From a virus: DNA of 64,000 nt. The position numbers and the translations under genes are program-made. A model generated the notes under the pieces. That model was given only the letters and a program-made list of their open reading frames with translations, was not told the origin of the DNA and did no database searches. The DNA lies in IMG/VR virus record IMGVR_UViG_3300045988_120248, positions 32,001 to 96,000 of that record; one strand, given 5' to 3'. Below, in pieces: positions 62,491 to 64,000 of the stretch (positions are counted from its first letter, which is position 1; each line of letters begins with the position of its first letter).

Positions 62491-63699
62491 TCGCGGCATT
62501 TACATCCCGGTCATGGTGTGTCCCACATTCAGGGCACGTCCATTCCCGTACCGCCAGATTCCTTGTTCCGGTATTCCGATACCCGCAGCAGGAACATAGC
62601 TGGCTGGACGGGAAGAACCGGTCTATCGCTATGACTTTCTTTCCATACCACGCGGCCTTGTACTCTAACTGCCGTCTGAACTCGCCCCATGCTGCGTCAC
62701 TGATGGACTTCGCAAGGTGATGGTTCTTGACCATGTTCCTCGGTGCTAAGTCTTCGATACAGATCACATCATTTTCCCGGATGAGCTGCGTTGACAGCTT
62801 GTGCATTATGTCCCCACGCTGGTTTGCGATATGCTCATTCAGCCGTGCCACCTGAATCCTTGCTTTTTCGCGCCGGTTGCTCCCCTTTGATTTTCGGGAG
62901 AGCTGCCGTTGCAATCGGGCAAGTTTCTTCTGGTTCTTGGCTAGATAACGTGGATTTGGATATTCTATTCCATCGGACGTGATTGCAAACGCTTTCAATC
63001 CCATATCAACGCCGATCACAGCGCCGGTCTTCGGCAGCGGCTCAATCTCCACGTCGGTACAGCAGAGCGATACGAAGTATTTTCCACTAGGATTTTTGGA
63101 TATCGTGGCAGACAGAATTCGGCCTTTGACTTCTTTTGAAACCCGACATTTGACACGCCCCAGTTTCGGAAGCTGGACGGCATCTTCAAAAACTTTTATA
63201 CCGCCTTTTGATTTATAACTCTGTCTATGCTCACGTTTGCTCTTAAATCGCGGAAATCCGGGTGGCATTCCATTCTTGACGCGGCGAAAAAAATTCTGAT
63301 ATGCGTCATCCAAATCCTTCAGCGATGATTGGAGCGCTGTAGAATCGGCCACTCGAAGCCACGGAAGAAACTTTTTTAGTTGCGTCATATCCGCGGAACA
63401 TTCACAATAGTTCATCATCTTGGAATCTTGTTCATATGCGTTTTGCCTCATTCTGAGATAGTAATTCCAAATGAACCGACAGCATCCGAATATCTGTTGA
63501 ATCAGACAGGTTTGGGAATACGAAGGATATATTCGGAATTTATAACTGTACTCCATTATCTCTCCTTGCATATTTTTTATGATTTCCATGGAAACGTGTG
63601 TCACGCTTTCCTGCACCGCATACCCTTGCTGCCTTTTCCATTCGGCCACACATCCGTATGTTTCTATTCGTTGTTGCTTTTGGGCACTAGGTACATTGC
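62329..63699 (-). mobile_element. Second TnpA-less IS200/IS605-family element
   Basis: TTAC (63703-63700, minus strand) flanks the inferred left end and TCAA closes the right end. Length is 1371 nt against 1370 nt for copy 1 under the same boundary rule. Confidence 0.55.
62453..63556 (-). CDS. tnpB: TnpB RNA-guided nuclease, second copy
   Basis: I place the start at ATG 63556 ([15 protein letters not shown], with AAGGAGAG upstream). The C-terminal two thirds are nearly identical to copy 1, with the same RuvC and zinc-finger blocks. Confidence 0.9.
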   Translation of the reverse strand: MEYSYKFRIYPSYSQTCLIQQIFGCCRFIWNYYLRMRQNAYEQDSKMMNYCECSADMTQLKKFLPWLRVADSTALQSSLKDLDDAYQNFFRRVKNGMPPGFPRFKSKREHRQSYKSKGGIKVFEDAVQLPKLGRVKCRVSKEVKGRILSATISKNPSGKYFVSLCCTDVEIEPLPKTGAVIGVDMGLKAFAITSDGIEYPNPRYLAKNQKKLARLQRQLSRKSKGSNRREKARIQVARLNEHIANQRGDIMHKLSTQLIRENDVICIEDLAPRNMVKNHHLAKSISDAAWGEFRRQLEYKAAWYGKKVIAIDRFFPSSQLCSCCGYRNTGTRNLAVREWTCPECGTHHDRDVNAAKNILHEGMRLLA

Positions 63700-63939
63700 G
63701 TAAGAAATGCTTTCGCTGAACCTCACCGGATACTTTTCCATGAGATATACCATGAGTTCGTCCAAATCCAGCGCGTGTACCGAACCTTCTAGTTCTGGAT
63801 ATTTCCCAATGATGCCGTGCTCCCCAATATCCCAAGGATCGCGCCATCCAATTTCGTAGCACTGTTTCAGAATATCTGACAGATCGTATTTATCCAACTC
63901 CGCTGCAGCTTGCTTTGCTTCCAAACAATAGTCAAACAC
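63664..63939 (-). CDS. Hypothetical small acidic protein whose last 11 codons come from the IS left end
   Basis: The ORF reads ...FSESISY | [11 protein letters not shown]. The junction sits exactly at the TTAC target. Joining the two IS flanks gives ...SISYWG*. Confidence 0.45.
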   Translation of the reverse strand: MFDYCLEAKQAAAELDKYDLSDILKQCYEIGWRDPWDIGEHGIIGKYPELEGSVHALDLDELMVYLMEKYPVRFSESISYAMYLVPKSNNE

Positions 63940-64000
63940 CGTCGTACCACCCTTTCCTTTTTGGCCGTCTTCTCGCTTAGATTGTCACATCACGGGCATC

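Noticed and set aside
63557-63862. 102-codon N-terminal extension of the second TnpB ORF (the track lists 469 aa)
   Set aside because: The extension runs through the IS left end into the neighbouring gene and has no homology to copy 1. The conserved [11 protein letters not shown] start at 63556 has a good AAGGAGAG Shine-Dalgarno.

Overview
The window holds most of a temperate, siphovirus-like prophage from a Gram-positive host (Clostridia-like, by inference only), followed by an accessory and tRNA region.

Layout, left to right:
- 1-3.6 kb: lysogeny module. It has a tyrosine integrase cut by the window edge, a membrane-anchored HTH protein and a CI-like repressor. The repressor faces a Cro-like gene across four CATGTGAT operator half-sites.
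- 3.6-7.6 kb: recombination genes (YqaJ exonuclease, DUF1351-like, RecT, SSB-like, DUF1064 nuclease).
- 7.99-9.58 kb: a cytosine-5 DNA methyltransferase gene split over three reading frames, with its motif I displaced to the C-terminal end.
- 9.5-18.9 kb: about 30 small packed early genes. They include a ThyX-like protein, an ASCH protein, a P-loop NTPase and three tandem Lar-type zinc-ribbon paralogues.
- 18.93-19.05 kb: a near-consensus promoter followed at once by an intrinsic terminator.
- 19.06-57.7 kb: a 38-kb plus-strand late operon. It encodes terminase, portal, capsid, Ig-domain and fibre proteins, tail tube, a 1678-aa tape measure, a 1267-aa Asp-box-repeat tail protein, a Tal-like protein, holins and a CHAP/SH3b endolysin.
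- 57.7-64 kb: everything is on the minus strand. In order of increasing coordinate: small ORFs; a translationally coupled operon transcribed MazF-like, then NifS-like, then XRE (so XRE lies at the lowest coordinates); HU; tRNA-Met(CAU); a 0.8-kb ORF-free stretch; tRNA-Gln(UUG); an orphan tRNA 3' half; a second TnpB element; and a truncated gene.

Observations most worth follow-up:
1. A second ORF sits inside the methyltransferase in another frame. It has its own Shine-Dalgarno, and one G7 tract breaks both frames, so a single extra G would repair both.
2. A conserved hairpin-plus-terminator module occurs three times in late-operon intergenic gaps, with compensatory base changes between copies.
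3. A TnpA-less TnpB/omega-RNA element lies exactly between two tail genes. Its predicted guide equals the reconstructed empty site.
4. The ORF-free stretch between two tRNAs is a candidate large structured RNA.
5. The MazF-like, cysteine-desulfurase-like and XRE genes form an unusual operon.

No CRISPR array, rRNA, reverse transcriptase or DGR was seen. All calls come from reading the sequence and the ORF track. Family names are recalled from motifs, not from searches, and RNA boundaries are approximate.
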